Positions 21,133 through 32,565 of a stretch of 49,404 nt of DNA are shown piece after piece. The stretch is from Pseudomonadota bacterium (lineage in GTDB: Bacteria; Pseudomonadota; Alphaproteobacteria; Caulobacterales; Parvularculaceae): positions 1 through 49,404 of the forward strand of contig JBCDBM010000001.1 of the NCBI GenBank assembly GCA_039183665.1, written 5' to 3'. The first letter of the stretch is position 1. Each line of letters starts with the position of its first letter. Below the pieces are notes generated by a model. It was not told the origin of the DNA. It made no database searches and saw only the letters and a program-made list of their open reading frames with translations. The position numbers were made by a program, and so were the translations under genes.

Positions 21133-22248
21133 TCACGCCGCCTTGCGCATGTCTATCGTCTCTTCAATGAGATCCGCCAACGACCGCGCCGCGTTTTTCT
21201 TCACCCGGCCTTCCGCCGCATTGGCCATGACTTTCAATTTCTCGAGGTTCGACAAGAGCGGCGCCAACGCTTCGGCAAGCGAGACTTCATTGAATCGGGG
21301 TTCAGGAATAACGATCGCAGCGCTAGCGTCGGCGAGGACGCGGGCGTTGCCCGTTTGATGGTCGTCCATCGCGATGCCCAACGGCACCAACACAGACGGG
21401 CGACCAATGGCGCTCAGCTCTGTCACCGTCGATGCGCCGGCTCTTGAGATCACCAAATGCGCGTCGGCGATCTTTTGCGGCAAGTCTTTAAAGAATGGCG
21501 CAACATCAGCGCTGACGCCCGCCTCTTCATAGCCTGTTCGAACGGCATCAGCTTCGGCGTCGCGCGCTTGGTGCGTAACATGAAGACGCCGACGAATATT
21601 ATCAGGAAGCGATGCGATTGCCGCAACGGGCGCGGCGGAAAAAATACTAGCGCCTTGGCTGCCCCCAAATACAACCAATCGAATGGGGGCGTCTGGTCCG
21701 AACTCTGGGAAAGGCGGCGCGCCAAGATCGGCCACAGCGTCGCGAATGGGGTTCCCGACTTCCATTCCGAGGATACCTTGAGGCAGTTTTTCCAGCGTCG
21801 GAAAAGCGTGCGCAACGAACGCAGCACCACGGGCTAAAACGCGGTTTGCACGCCCCAAAACAGCATTTTGTTCGTGGACCCCATATGGCACGCCCAAGAG
21901 CGAGGCCGCTTTCATGGAGGGTAATGACGGGTAACCGCCAAAACCGACAGCGGCGATGGGTTTTCGCTTGCGCAATTCCCCTAGAGCCGCGATTAGTCCT
22001 TGCGCGAGCGAGAACGCAGCTATCCCCTTAGCGAGGGGACCGCCGACAGAAGGCGTCGCGGCAGAAATCTGAAACCGATCGTCAGCGGGAAAATCCTCCG
22101 CATACCGTGCGCCGCGCACATCCGTAACGAGCAAGACGCGTCGCCCACGGCGCTTCAACTCCTGCGCTAAGGCTTCGGCCGGAAACATATGGCCGCCGGT
22201 GCCGCCAGCAGCCAAGACAATGGGTTGCGTGAACGCGTTGTCGGTCAT
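21133..22248 (-). CDS. murG: Lipid II GlcNAc transferase MurG
   Basis: GGTGGH, GFGGY, HEQN, GGSQGA, RAGAST, DDHQ. Confidence 0.98.
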   Translation of the reverse strand: MTDNAFTQPIVLAAGGTGGHMFPAEALAQELKRRGRRVLLVTDVRGARYAEDFPADDRFQISAATPSVGGPLAKGIAAFSLAQGLIAALGELRKRKPIAAVGFGGYPSLPSMKAASLLGVPYGVHEQNAVLGRANRVLARGAAFVAHAFPTLEKLPQGILGMEVGNPIRDAVADLGAPPFPEFGPDAPIRLVVFGGSQGASIFSAAPVAAIASLPDNIRRRLHVTHQARDAEADAVRTGYEEAGVSADVAPFFKDLPQKIADAHLVISRAGASTVTELSAIGRPSVLVPLGIAMDDHQTGNARVLADASAAIVIPEPRFNEVSLAEALAPLLSNLEKLKVMANAAEGRVKKNAARSLADLIEETIDMRKAA

Positions 22249-23384
22249 GGCATGATGTCCTTGCGCTTGGCGGCAACGCCATGGTCAGCGCGCGTTAGCG
22301 CAATAATAAATCCGATGGACAGCGCCGTCGCCAAAAGGGAGGACCCGCCATAGGAAACCAAAGGCAGCGTCATGCCTTTTGCAGGCATAGCGCGCAACGA
22401 GACAGCAATGTTGATCATGGCTTGCAAACCGATCATCGCGGCCAATCCAGCGACAGCGCACTGCGCAAATAAGCTGCGCAACCCGGCGGCGATAGCCAGC
22501 GTGCGAGCCACAAAGGCAGCAAATAGCGCGATGATCAATGCGCCGAGCACAAAGCCAAATTCTTCGACGGCAACCGCGAAAACAAAATCCGTGTGCGCAT
22601 CAGGCAACCCGCCCTTTAACGCTGGGGCGTCGCCGCGACCAAAGAAGCTGCCATTGGCGACGGTCTCAACAGAGCGATCTACTTGATAGTTCTCGCCGGA
22701 TTGGGGGTTGAGAAATCCGTCAATCCGCCGCGCCACATGGGCGGATAGAAAATATCCTGCCGTGAGCCCAGCAACGCTGGCAGTCGCAAAAAAGCCAATC
22801 CAAGCCCAACTCCAGCCGGCGATGAAGAACATAACGGCCCACGCCGCCGTCACCAGAGCCCACTGGCCAAAATCGGGTTGCAGCAACAAAAGGCCCGCAA
22901 GCACCGCATAAGCGCCAAGCGCAATGGCGCCGCCTGGAAACCGATGGTCATTGGCGCCCTCGGCCAACATCCACGCAGCAGCGATGACAAAGCCGGGCTT
23001 TGCGAACTCTGAAGGCTGCAATGAAACGGGCCCTAAATCTAACCACCGTTTTGCGCCATTAATATCTGCAGAGAAAATAAGCGTCGCCGCCATTAACAAC
23101 AGCGCGCCCAAAAACGTGAGCACCCCCAGCCGGCGCGTTTGCAAGGGCGATAAGAAAGAGACGAATAGGACGAGGATAAGCGCTGGAACCGCAAACACCA
23201 TTTGACGAAGGGGAAAGTAAAACTGGTTTTGGATGCCTAGGCGCGCGGCCGCCGTGGGCCCTGCAGCGATAAGCACGACACTCCCGATCATCATGAGCAG
23301 CGCGAGAATGGCGAGCCCGGTGCGGTCGATGGACCACCACCAGCGCCCGAACAAGCTCTCATCCGCCCTTGACCACCGGTTCAC
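22245..23384 (-). CDS. ftsW: Peptidoglycan glycosyltransferase FtsW (SEDS)
   Basis: GAKRWL, QPSEFAK, QPDFG, PDAHTDF, EEFG, P.KGMTLPLVSYGGSS. Confidence 0.97.
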   Translation of the reverse strand: MNRWSRADESLFGRWWWSIDRTGLAILALLMMIGSVVLIAAGPTAAARLGIQNQFYFPLRQMVFAVPALILVLFVSFLSPLQTRRLGVLTFLGALLLMAATLIFSADINGAKRWLDLGPVSLQPSEFAKPGFVIAAAWMLAEGANDHRFPGGAIALGAYAVLAGLLLLQPDFGQWALVTAAWAVMFFIAGWSWAWIGFFATASVAGLTAGYFLSAHVARRIDGFLNPQSGENYQVDRSVETVANGSFFGRGDAPALKGGLPDAHTDFVFAVAVEEFGFVLGALIIALFAAFVARTLAIAAGLRSLFAQCAVAGLAAMIGLQAMINIAVSLRAMPAKGMTLPLVSYGGSSLLATALSIGFIIALTRADHGVAAKRKDIMP

Positions 23385-24793
23385 GCCGCTGCTCCGTTTT
23401 CAACTGAAAGTGTTTTCGCGAGGCCAGAGAACGCCGCGCCTCTGGCTTCGAAATTCTTAAACTGATCATATGAAGCGCATGCTGGCGAGAGCAGCACAAC
23501 GGGGTTCGCCGCATCGCTCGCGGCGGCGTCCGCCCCTGCCCGCATGACCGCCGTTTGAAGATCATGGCATTGCACACAGTCCACGGCGGCGCCTAACTGC
23601 TCTTCGAAAAGCGGCGCGTCCTCGCCAATAAGATATGCGGCGTGTACCGGTTTCATGAGCGCGCGCAATGGGCTGGCGCCTTCTTCTTTTGCTTTGCCGC
23701 CAGCAATCCAGAAAATGTCGGAATAGGCGCTGAGCGCCCGGGCCGCGGCGGCGGCGTTGGTCGCTTTGGAATCATTGATGAAAACGACTTTGCCCACGCG
23801 CGCAACTTCTTCCATCCGATGGGGCAAACTCGAAAAACGCTCCGCCGCTCTAATGAAAAGCGCCGGCGAAACGCCCAGATGCAAACATGCAGCGAGCGCT
23901 GCAGCTGCGTTTTGATGATTGTGTTCGCCGCGCAAGCTTTGTGCATTTGAAAGCGCTCCGGCGCGAGAGGTTTTGCCGTCCATATTGTGGAATAGCTCGC
24001 CCTCTAAGGCGTAGACGCCGCGACCAAGTGTGGAGTTAGCCGAAACGGGCGCGACATTAGCGCAAGCTTTGGCTGTCAGCTCGGTGCATGTTGATTGTGC
24101 ATAGGAGTCATCCACGCCGACAATGGCGATGTCATCTGACTGCTGATTAAGAAAAATGCGCTTCTTAGCATCGAGATACGCCTCGAGGGATCCATGTCGG
24201 TCAAGATGATCCGGCGAAAAATTCAAGAACACGGCTGCGTTTGCGCGCAGCGACGCTGTGAGGTCGAGCTGAAAAGACGATAGCTCCAAAACATAGATAG
24301 CCTCAGGGCGGAATGCCGGCAGGCTCAACACGGCCTCGCCGATATTGCCCCCGACATAAGCAATCTCGCCTACATCATTGAGAACATGTCCGATTAACGC
24401 CGCTGTCGTTGACTTTCCGTTCGACCCCGTGACAGCAACGACCCGAGGGCGCGCCTCTTTGGGCAAATCATTCACCGCGCGAGCGAACAACTCCGTGTCG
24501 CCGATGACAGGCACTTTTTCCTGTTGAGACTTGCGTACAATGGCGTGGGGCTTGGGAAAGGTGAGCGGCACCCCAGGGCTCACGACGACCGCGTCCAACT
24601 CTTTCCACGGCCAGGCTTTGGGGTGCTCTGCAAGAAATTCAGTGCCCTCGGTTCGTTTGCGAACCTCTGGCTTCTCATCCCAAGAAAAGACCTTTGCGCC
24701 AGACGCGGCCAGGGCCTCGCAAGCGGCGATGCCGCTCACGCCGAGGCCAAATACCCCGAAAGATTTCTTCCTGGCTCCCGGAATTAAAATCAT
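23381..24793 (-). CDS. murD: UDP-MurNAc-L-Ala--D-glutamate ligase
   Basis: Start reassigned to MILIPG; SPGVP, TGSNGKSTT, ELSSFQL, DHLDRH, NDSKATN, SPACASYDQF. Confidence 0.97.
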   Translation of the reverse strand: MILIPGARKKSFGVFGLGVSGIAACEALAASGAKVFSWDEKPEVRKRTEGTEFLAEHPKAWPWKELDAVVVSPGVPLTFPKPHAIVRKSQQEKVPVIGDTELFARAVNDLPKEARPRVVAVTGSNGKSTTAALIGHVLNDVGEIAYVGGNIGEAVLSLPAFRPEAIYVLELSSFQLDLTASLRANAAVFLNFSPDHLDRHGSLEAYLDAKKRIFLNQQSDDIAIVGVDDSYAQSTCTELTAKACANVAPVSANSTLGRGVYALEGELFHNMDGKTSRAGALSNAQSLRGEHNHQNAAAALAACLHLGVSPALFIRAAERFSSLPHRMEEVARVGKVVFINDSKATNAAAAARALSAYSDIFWIAGGKAKEEGASPLRALMKPVHAAYLIGEDAPLFEEQLGAAVDCVQCHDLQTAVMRAGADAAASDAANPVVLLSPACASYDQFKNFEARGAAFSGLAKTLSVENGAAA

Positions 24794-24807
24794 GCGCCTG
24801 CTTGCCC

Positions 24808-25941
24808 CTAGCGTAGTTTCAACGTCGCCAAACCGATCAATGCGAGAATGACCGCAATGATCCAAAAGCGAATGACGATCGTCGACTCTTTCCAGCCAAG
24901 ATGTTCGAAATGATGGTGGATCGGCGCCATTCTAAAGACGCGTTTCCCGGTGAGCTTAAATGATGCGATTTGGATCATTACCGATAGCCCTTCGAGGACA
25001 AAAAGGCCGCCCACGATGGCCAGAACGATTTCGTGTTTAGCAGCGACAGCGATTGTGCCGATGGCGCCGCCAAGAGCAAGCGAGCCCGTATCGCCCATAA
25101 AGATGGCCGCCGGCGGCGCGTTGAACCACAAAAAGCCGAGTCCAGCGCCCATGATCGCGCCGCAGATGATCGCCAGCTCGCCAACGCCAGGCACATAAGG
25201 CACGCCCAGATAATTGGCGTAAATGAAGTTACCGACGAGATACGCAATCAACGCGTAGGTCGCCGCCGCAATCATCACAGGAACGATCGCCAGCCCATCG
25301 AGACCATCGGTCAAGTTCACGGTATTCGAGGCGCCGACGATGACCACTGCGGCGAACGGAACAATCAGCCACCCCAGCGGCACCCCCGGCGCGCTAAACC
25401 ACTCTTGAAACAAGCGAACGGGAAAAAATGGTACGCCGACGGACGTCGCAATGCCCGGCGGCGCGTCAGGCGCAACAGAGAGCGCATGCATGCAGTAATA
25501 GCCTGCGAGCAACGCTACAGCGAACTGAACCGTGAGCTTTAAACTGCCGACCACGCCGCTCGTCGTTTGCTTGGTGACTTTCAGGTAATCGTCAATAAAG
25601 CCGAGCGCGCCAAAGACGAGCGTCACGCCCATCACTATCCACACATAAATGTTGTCGAGCCGCGCCCACAAAAAGGTCGCCACCGCCATTGACAACAGGA
25701 TAAGCACGCCGCCCATGGTCGGCGTGCCGGTTTTCTCAATGACGTGGCTTTGCGGACCGTCTGTCCGAATGGGCTGGCCGCGACCTTGTTTTCGGCGCAT
25801 CCAACGAATGAGCGCCGGGCCAAACAGAAAAGAGATAAACAACGCGGTCATGACCGCGCCGCCGGTACGGAATGTCAAATAGCGGAAGACATTGAAGAGC
25901 TGAAAATCGTCCGCATAAGGCGTTAAAAGGTGATAGAGCAT
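24808..25941 (-). CDS. mraY: Phospho-N-acetylmuramoyl-pentapeptide transferase
   Basis: [39 protein letters not shown]. Confidence 0.98.
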   Translation of the reverse strand: MLYHLLTPYADDFQLFNVFRYLTFRTGGAVMTALFISFLFGPALIRWMRRKQGRGQPIRTDGPQSHVIEKTGTPTMGGVLILLSMAVATFLWARLDNIYVWIVMGVTLVFGALGFIDDYLKVTKQTTSGVVGSLKLTVQFAVALLAGYYCMHALSVAPDAPPGIATSVGVPFFPVRLFQEWFSAPGVPLGWLIVPFAAVVIVGASNTVNLTDGLDGLAIVPVMIAAATYALIAYLVGNFIYANYLGVPYVPGVGELAIICGAIMGAGLGFLWFNAPPAAIFMGDTGSLALGGAIGTIAVAAKHEIVLAIVGGLFVLEGLSVMIQIASFKLTGKRVFRMAPIHHHFEHLGWKESTIVIRFWIIAVILALIGLATLKLR

Positions 25942-27386
25942 TACTCTTCGCTTTCCGGTTCTTGGCGATTGGCGAGCGCGCGGGCGATGGCGCCAACCTT
26001 TGACGCGTTTGATCCTTTAACCATCACCACATCGCCAGGGCCCACCGCGTCCGCGACAGCACCGACGATCCCCACAGCAGAGTCTGCGTAAAGCCCGCGC
26101 ATCTTTGGCGGCAAGCGGTCCCAAAGCGATCGCATCAATGGACCAGCAGCGTAGACGCTATCCACTTTCGCGGTGATTAAAGCTTCGGCAAGATCTGCAT
26201 GGAATTGCGCGGCATTTTCGCCAAGTTCAAGCATCTCGCCCAAAACCGCGATGCGCCGTCCGCCAGCGGCCGGCAGCTCCACACCCACCAGCTTGATTGC
26301 CGCGGCCATTGACGCAGGGTTAGCGTTATAGCTTTCATCAAGCAGGGTCGCAGTCCCGCCTGGTACTCGGATTTCGGCTCTAGCGCCCCGCCCCTCAGCC
26401 GGTTGGACAGCGCCCAATACCGTGATCGCTTTTTCAAGATCAGCGCCAACCGCGTCCACTGCGGCGAGCGCCGCAAGCGCGTTGATCGCCTGGTGGGGCG
26501 CGGTCATACCAAATTCAAATTCTCTCACGTCGCGCTTGATGCGCGCCTTAACCAGCGCGCGACCACTTTCCAAAACTTGATGGTCAAGCAATCGGAAATC
26601 CGCATTGTCAGACTCGCCGAAGGTGATGAACCCAGCAGCGCCTGCAGTCTGGGCGCGTTTTTTAAGCAGCTCAAAATACGCGTTGTCGATGGGCAAGACA
26701 GCAATGCCGCCGCGCGCAAGGCCTAAGAAAATCTCCGCCTTCGCCTCGGCAATTCCTTCAATTGAGTCAAAATTCTCCAAGTGCGCCGCCGCGACAGTCG
26801 TAACCACTGCAACATGCGGCTGCACAAGTTTTGTCAGCGGCGTAATTTCGCCCGCATGATTCATCCCGATTTCAAAAACGCCGTATTCAATATGCATGGG
26901 AAGACGCGCCAACGTGAGCGGCACGCCCCAATGATTGTTGAAGCTGCGATCGGCTGCGTGAACGCCGCCAGAGGCGCCAAGCACCGCACGCAACATCTCT
27001 TTTGTGCTTGTTTTGCCGACGCTGCCGGTCACCGCGACGCGCTTGCCGAAGTTGCGCATGCGTGCGGCGGCGGCCAGATCGCGCAACGCTTGAAGGGTAT
27101 CACTTACCACCAAAAGCGGCGCGCCCTCGGGCGCATCTTCAGGCGCCCGCGAGACAAGCGCCGCAGCGGCCCCCGCGTCAAAAGCATTCTGAAGAAAATC
27201 ATGGCCATCTCGCGCGTCGCGCAGCGCCACGAAAATATCGCCGGGCTTCAAATTGCGCGTATCAATAGAAACACCGCCTGCGGACCATTCTTCCGCAGTC
27301 CAAGTGGCGGGATCACCGCCGCGCGCGCAGAGCGCGCCGCCGGTTGCGGCCGCCGCCTCATAAGCCAACCATAAATTTGACGTCAT
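25941..27386 (-). CDS. murF: UDP-MurNAc-tripeptide--D-Ala-D-Ala ligase
   Basis: [42 protein letters not shown]. Confidence 0.97.
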   Translation of the reverse strand: MTSNLWLAYEAAAATGGALCARGGDPATWTAEEWSAGGVSIDTRNLKPGDIFVALRDARDGHDFLQNAFDAGAAAALVSRAPEDAPEGAPLLVVSDTLQALRDLAAAARMRNFGKRVAVTGSVGKTSTKEMLRAVLGASGGVHAADRSFNNHWGVPLTLARLPMHIEYGVFEIGMNHAGEITPLTKLVQPHVAVVTTVAAAHLENFDSIEGIAEAKAEIFLGLARGGIAVLPIDNAYFELLKKRAQTAGAAGFITFGESDNADFRLLDHQVLESGRALVKARIKRDVREFEFGMTAPHQAINALAALAAVDAVGADLEKAITVLGAVQPAEGRGARAEIRVPGGTATLLDESYNANPASMAAAIKLVGVELPAAGGRRIAVLGEMLELGENAAQFHADLAEALITAKVDSVYAAGPLMRSLWDRLPPKMRGLYADSAVGIVGAVADAVGPGDVVMVKGSNASKVGAIARALANRQEPESEE

Positions 27387-28822
27387 CGCCCGAGCTCCGA
27401 TTGTCGCGTCCGCACCGCTTCGCGCGCCACGGTCGCATCATTAAACGGCACCACCTCAACCCCGATTTGCTGGCCGGTCTCATGCCCCTTACCGGCGATC
27501 AACAAAACATTTCCACGCCTTAGGCGTGCAACGCCTGCGGCAATCGCATCAGCGCGATCTGCTATCTCTTCGCCTTCAGGGCACCCTTCCAATATCGCGC
27601 GCCGAATAGAAGCAGGATCTTCTGTTCGCGGATTATCATCCGTAACGATCACATGATCTGCGCGCGCGGCGGCCGCTTTTCCCATCTCGAGGCGCTTGGT
27701 TTTATCCCGATCGCCGCCAGCCCCGATAACCGCGATCACATCGCCTGACGCGTGAGGGCGGATGGCGTCGAGCGCGCGCGCCACCGCGTCAGGCGTGTGT
27801 GCGTAGTCCACATAGACGCCAGCGCCGTCGATTTCAGCGACGCGCTCCATACGCCCCGGCGCACCCGTTAGGCCATCCAGAAGAGGCGCGATATCGGCGG
27901 GCGAGACGCCAGAAGCCGCGACAATGCCTGCCGCCAAAAGTACGTTCTCCACTTGAAACTCACCGATCAACGGCAGGTCGAGCGCGTAGTTTTGGCCTTC
28001 GGCAACGATCCGCACCGACATGCCCGCGGGCGATGGTCGCGCCTCCAAGAGACGGAATACCTGGCCTTTGCGCCCTGTCGTCAGCACACGGAGCCCGCGT
28101 TGGCGCGCCGCATTAATCATGGTTTCCGCGTGCGCGCCATCGGCGTTGATCACCGCAGCACCGTCATCAGGCAATACCTCGTCAAAGAGGCGGCGCTTGG
28201 CGGCGAGATAGCTCTCGAAATCGCCATGATAGTCGAGGTGGTCCTGAGTGATATTGCTGAAGGCCGCGATGGAAAGGCGCACGCCATCAACGCGGTGTTG
28301 CGCCAAGGCATGGCTCGACGCTTCGAGCGCTAAATGGGTCGTGCCTGCCTCCGCCATTTGATGGAGCGTTTCATGCAGCGTAATCGGCTCCGGCGTCGTA
28401 TGGGTAAGAGGACGCTCAAAGCCCGGTCCCGATGCGCCAAGGGTGCCGATGCTGCCAGCCTTACGCCCCAATCGCGACCATAGCGAAGCCGCAAATCGCG
28501 CCGTTGACGTTTTGCCATTGGCGCCGGTGATCGCGGCAATGGTTTTGGGTTGGTTCGGAAAAAACCGCGCCGCTAAACTGCTCAAACGCCTGCGCGGCGT
28601 TTCATCGAATATCGTCGGCAAGGTTGACTGCGTCCCCGGCCGGGCCAGCAAAGCTGCAGCGCCGCGCTTTTCAGCCTCTGGGATAAACCGCGCGCCATCA
28701 GTTTCGACGCCCGGAAGTGCCGCGAACAAATATCCCTCGCCTACGGCACGACTATCCACCGCGATCCCTTTGATGAACGGGTCCGGGGATATCGATTCAT
28801 TAGCGAGGGCGGACAATTTCAC
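27383..28822 (-). CDS. murE: UDP-MurNAc-dipeptide--meso-DAP ligase
   Basis: GTG start overlapping the ftsI stop (GTGA); TGANGKTS, EASSH, DHLDYH, DYAHTPD, DNPR (mDAP specificity), GKGHE. Confidence 0.97.
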   Translation of the reverse strand: MKLSALANESISPDPFIKGIAVDSRAVGEGYLFAALPGVETDGARFIPEAEKRGAAALLARPGTQSTLPTIFDETPRRRLSSLAARFFPNQPKTIAAITGANGKTSTARFAASLWSRLGRKAGSIGTLGASGPGFERPLTHTTPEPITLHETLHQMAEAGTTHLALEASSHALAQHRVDGVRLSIAAFSNITQDHLDYHGDFESYLAAKRRLFDEVLPDDGAAVINADGAHAETMINAARQRGLRVLTTGRKGQVFRLLEARPSPAGMSVRIVAEGQNYALDLPLIGEFQVENVLLAAGIVAASGVSPADIAPLLDGLTGAPGRMERVAEIDGAGVYVDYAHTPDAVARALDAIRPHASGDVIAVIGAGGDRDKTKRLEMGKAAAARADHVIVTDDNPRTEDPASIRRAILEGCPEGEEIADRADAIAAGVARLRRGNVLLIAGKGHETGQQIGVEVVPFNDATVAREAVRTRQSELGR

Positions 28823-30591
28823 TGCACAGCCTCCGGCGCCAGCGACGGGGCTCGCGCCTCGTGCACGGGCTCTACAGCGCCCGAAACAAACGCGGCAAGA
28901 GCGACGCTCTCGCTGACTGACGCGACGTTGAGCACCGGCGCGATGCGCTCCACCACACGGGAGAAAACCGGCGCAGCGTTCCAACCCGCCGTCGCAAACC
29001 CGAAAGTCTCGCGCGTTGGCTGTGGATCATCAAGGCTAATCAACACCGTATATTTCGGCGCATAACCAGGAAACGCGCCGACAAAACTGGCAATGCGGGC
29101 TGACTCATCATACCCGCCAAAAGCCGGCTTGTCGGCTGTCGCCGTTTTGCCAATGGGGAAATAACCGTCGACTTCCGCGGCGCCGCCAGTCCCATCAGTA
29201 ATGACCCGACGCAACACCCGGCGCATGGCGGCGCTTGTTTCGCTTTTAAAGACGCGCGCGCGCGATCGCTCTGCGCTAGCCGCCAAGAATGTCGGCCCGA
29301 TATAGTCTCCGCCATTCACCACAGCCGTGAACCCCGCGAGCAGATGCAGCGGCGTTACGGCGATTCCATGACCATAAGCGATGGTGGCGTTTTCGACTGG
29401 CCCCCATTGGGTCGGCAAGTCCGGGGCTCGGTTCTCATTTAATTCAATCGCCAGCGGCTCGAACATTCCCAGCGCCCGGAGATAAGACTTTTGCGCATCG
29501 GCTCCCAAGTCGGCCGCGATCCGCGCGATCCCTATATTAGACGAGTGCTGCACCACTTCGGAAAATGTCAGCATACGGTTTTCACCGTGCAAATCCGTGA
29601 TGCGTCGATCGGCAATGCGAAACGAACCGCGAGCATCATAGCCGGAGTCTTCCGAAGCGACGCCTGCGTCTAACGCGGCGGCTGCCGATATCGCCTTGAA
29701 GGCCGAACCCAGTTCATAACGGTCATAGGTGACGCGATTGCGGCGAAAATCGTCCGGCGCGGCGCCAGGCGCGTTGGGGTCGAAATCCGGTAAGCTCGCC
29801 AGGGCGATCACTTCGCCGGTTTCCGCATCCATCACGACGCCCCAAGCCGCTTTGGCGTCATATTCCGCGCAGGCCGCGGAAAGCTCTTTTTCCAACGTTT
29901 GCTGAACGCGAATATCGATCGACGCCATCAGCGGCGCGCCGCCTTTGAAGGCGTTGGCCACTTTTTCAAGGCCCATAACGCCGCCGCGCCCCGCCTCCGC
30001 ATTGCCGATCACGTGGGCCGCAAGAGGGCCGTGGGGATAAGCGCGCTTAGTGCGGGTGGCGAACCGAACGCCCGGCAGGCCGAGATTGAACACCGCCTCT
30101 CGCTCCGCCGGCGAAAGGTCAGATCGCACCTCGACATAGCGCCCTGCACGTAGTTTCGCCTCGAGCGCCGCCGCATCAACATCGCTCAGCGTTTGAGCGA
30201 TCGCCCGCGCGGTGTCTTCATAGTCCCACACCTCACGACCCGCGATCTCTAGCGCGATCATTGGCAGGTCCATCGCCAGAAGGGCCCCTTGCCGATCCAC
30301 AATCTCAGGACGCTCGGCGAACTCGAGGGACGCTCGGGCGATTTGATGCGGATCGCCCGTATGATCAAAGGTGATCAGCGCCAAGCGCACGCCTAGCATC
30401 GAAAAGGCGAATACAAAGACGACGCCGCACATTTGAATGCGCTGGCGCACGCGGCGACTATGGCGAGCCCGACTGCTTTGCGCATGGACAGAAACAGGCG
30501 CAGCGCTCGTGGCTTGGTCCCGCGCCTCTTCGATGACATAGGCTTGAGGCGCGGTGCGACGCCGTTTTGTCTTACGTCCGATCAACGCCAT
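28819..30591 (-). CDS. ftsI: Penicillin-binding protein 3 (divisome transpeptidase)
   Basis: Start reassigned to MALIGRK; one TM, R..I.DR.G, YELGSAFK (SxxK), SSN (SxN); third motif reads KTA instead of KTG. Confidence 0.93.
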   Translation of the reverse strand: MALIGRKTKRRRTAPQAYVIEEARDQATSAAPVSVHAQSSRARHSRRVRQRIQMCGVVFVFAFSMLGVRLALITFDHTGDPHQIARASLEFAERPEIVDRQGALLAMDLPMIALEIAGREVWDYEDTARAIAQTLSDVDAAALEAKLRAGRYVEVRSDLSPAEREAVFNLGLPGVRFATRTKRAYPHGPLAAHVIGNAEAGRGGVMGLEKVANAFKGGAPLMASIDIRVQQTLEKELSAACAEYDAKAAWGVVMDAETGEVIALASLPDFDPNAPGAAPDDFRRNRVTYDRYELGSAFKAISAAAALDAGVASEDSGYDARGSFRIADRRITDLHGENRMLTFSEVVQHSSNIGIARIAADLGADAQKSYLRALGMFEPLAIELNENRAPDLPTQWGPVENATIAYGHGIAVTPLHLLAGFTAVVNGGDYIGPTFLAASAERSRARVFKSETSAAMRRVLRRVITDGTGGAAEVDGYFPIGKTATADKPAFGGYDESARIASFVGAFPGYAPKYTVLISLDDPQPTRETFGFATAGWNAAPVFSRVVERIAPVLNVASVSESVALAAFVSGAVEPVHEARAPSLAPEAVQ

Positions 30592-30604
30592 GTTAGATAC
30601 CTCG

Positions 30605-30979
30605 CTATGGCGCAGCCGACAGTTGGGCCATCGCCAACGCGTCGCCAATAAAGTCACGAGACGGATCAGTGCGCGGCTCGTCGTCGACCAGCTCAGCACC
30701 GCCAAGCAACGCCGCGAATTCGCGGGCGTCATGGGACTGATGCGCCGCGGTGGGCCGCAAATCCGTCGTCGCCGAGGCAATTTTGGCCAGCCGTTCGGGG
30801 TTTTCCAAATAAGCGATTTCAGCCCGCAACACTTTTATGGCGCGCTCTTCTTCAATTCTGTCCAAGTCAAGCTCGACCAGATCCGCCTGCGTCTGACGCA
30901 CCGAAGTTTCGGCTTGATACCGCCCGACCGCCGAAAGACCCAATAAGAAAAATAGCAAAATCGTGGTTATTTTAATCAT
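30605..30979 (-). CDS. ftsL: Cell division protein FtsL
   Basis: TM followed by coiled coil LRAEIAYLENPERL; located between rsmH and ftsI. Confidence 0.85.
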   Translation of the reverse strand: MIKITTILLFFLLGLSAVGRYQAETSVRQTQADLVELDLDRIEEERAIKVLRAEIAYLENPERLAKIASATTDLRPTAAHQSHDAREFAALLGGAELVDDEPRTDPSRDFIGDALAMAQLSAAP

Positions 30980-31003
30980 ACGAATGTCCTGCTAATCGAT
31001 CAG

Positions 31004-32008
31004 TTAACGGATTATATTTTCAAGAATGGGCGGAACGGAAAAGAGCGGCGCGTCGGCCTCATCATCGAACACGGGCGCGTTCCGACGCTCGCCAACGCGC
31101 AGCTTGGCGGATCGCGCCCTGGGATTTCGCGCTATTTCGTCATCGCTTGGCGCTGTATGCTTACTCTTTACGACGTTGAAGCTCGGCGCACCGGCGTCTT
31201 GCGGCGGCGGCGCAAATCGCGAGGGCGCCGCGCGGCGTGCCGATCGTCGTTTCAAAAACTGTTTCACGATCCGATCTTCAAGGGAGTGAAACGTGACAAC
31301 CGACAGCTTGCCATCGGGTCGCAATAAACACTCTGCCGCGTGCAGACCTTGAACGAGCTGACCAAGCTCATCATTCACATAAATGCGCAGGCCCTGGAAC
31401 ACCCGCGTGGCCGCATGAATTTTTGACCCGGGTGCTTTGGGCGCCGCTTTTTCAACGATCGCCGCCAGCATTGTCGTCGTTGTGATCGGCGTCTCATCGC
31501 GCGCGGCAATGATCGCGCGCGCGATCACGCGGGCGCGCTTTTCCTCGCCATACGTTCGAAAGATGGCGATGAGCTGGCCTTCGCTTGCTGTCGCAACAAC
31601 GTCCTGGGCGTCAGGTTTGGCGCCGTCCATGCGCATCGATAGCGGGCCGTCGCGAAGAAACGAGAATCCGCGCGCGCCTTCATCAAGCTGCATAGAGGAG
31701 ACACCAAGGTCGAACACAACGCCGTCGACAGCGCGCACGCCATATTCAGCGAGCGCGTCTTCCATGTCAGCGAATGGACGCTCGAGCAAAATTAGACGAT
31801 CACAAAAATCTGCAATCCAATCTTGCGCGCGCTCAATCGCCGTCGGATCACGATCAAATGCGTAAACGGTGCATGGCGCGGCGTTTAAAATCGCGCGCGC
31901 ATATCCGCCGGCGCCAAAGGTCGCGTCCACATAAACACCCCCAGGTTTTGGCGTCAAAGCCGCGACCGCTTCTTCGGCCATAACAGAGATATGCGGCGCG
32001 CCGGTCAT
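31004..32008 (-). CDS. rsmH: 16S rRNA m4C1402 methyltransferase RsmH (MraW)
   Basis: HISVM, DATFGAGG, DLGVSSMQLD, RGFSF, FHSLEDR, NPRARSAKLR. Confidence 0.98.
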   Translation of the reverse strand: MTGAPHISVMAEEAVAALTPKPGGVYVDATFGAGGYARAILNAAPCTVYAFDRDPTAIERAQDWIADFCDRLILLERPFADMEDALAEYGVRAVDGVVFDLGVSSMQLDEGARGFSFLRDGPLSMRMDGAKPDAQDVVATASEGQLIAIFRTYGEEKRARVIARAIIAARDETPITTTTMLAAIVEKAAPKAPGSKIHAATRVFQGLRIYVNDELGQLVQGLHAAECLLRPDGKLSVVTFHSLEDRIVKQFLKRRSARRAAPSRFAPPPQDAGAPSFNVVKSKHTAPSDDEIARNPRARSAKLRVGERRNAPVFDDEADAPLFSVPPILENIIR

Positions 32009-32490
32009 GAAGCGCCGCCTGGAGCCAAGGCGGGGTTGCGCAAAGCGAGCTTTGCCGTAGCGGCAATTTCGGTATCCTCAACTAAGACGCGATTATAGGC
32101 GTCGGGGTTCCAGATCTGAAAAGAACCGCCGACCCCAGCAAACAGCGCCTCGCCATTGAGGTTTGCGTAATCGCGCAGATGCTGCGGCAGGACCACGCGC
32201 CCCTCTTTATCGAGGGCGACGACACAGGTGCGCGACGCGATCGACCGCTCCAAACTGCGCCGCTCTTTGGAGTACGGATCAAGCGCCGCAATAGACGCCA
32301 TAAGGGTCTCGATATAGTCAACGCCGCCGCAATCGATGCACTTTTCGTCCGTTGACGGAATGCAATAGATGGCGTTTACCCGCTCAAGATCGAGGACGCG
32401 CCGAAACAAAGCCGGCGTCGCAAGACGTCCTTTCGCGTCGATCTTGTTTGTGAACGACCCATAGAACAGGGTCTCGGCCCCGCGCCGCAT
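32005..32490 (-). CDS. mraZ: Transcriptional regulator MraZ
   Basis: Two DxKGR-like repeats (DAKGR, DKEGR), FQIW; first gene of the dcw cluster. Confidence 0.93.
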   Translation of the reverse strand: MRRGAETLFYGSFTNKIDAKGRLATPALFRRVLDLERVNAIYCIPSTDEKCIDCGGVDYIETLMASIAALDPYSKERRSLERSIASRTCVVALDKEGRVVLPQHLRDYANLNGEALFAGVGGSFQIWNPDAYNRVLVEDTEIAATAKLALRNPALAPGGAS

Positions 32491-32565
32491 CCCGCTTTCC
32501 TCCGCCGCGGCGCGCCCCCAAAGTGGGTCTCGCCGCCCCAGTGCTATCTCAGAGAAGGTATTTTA

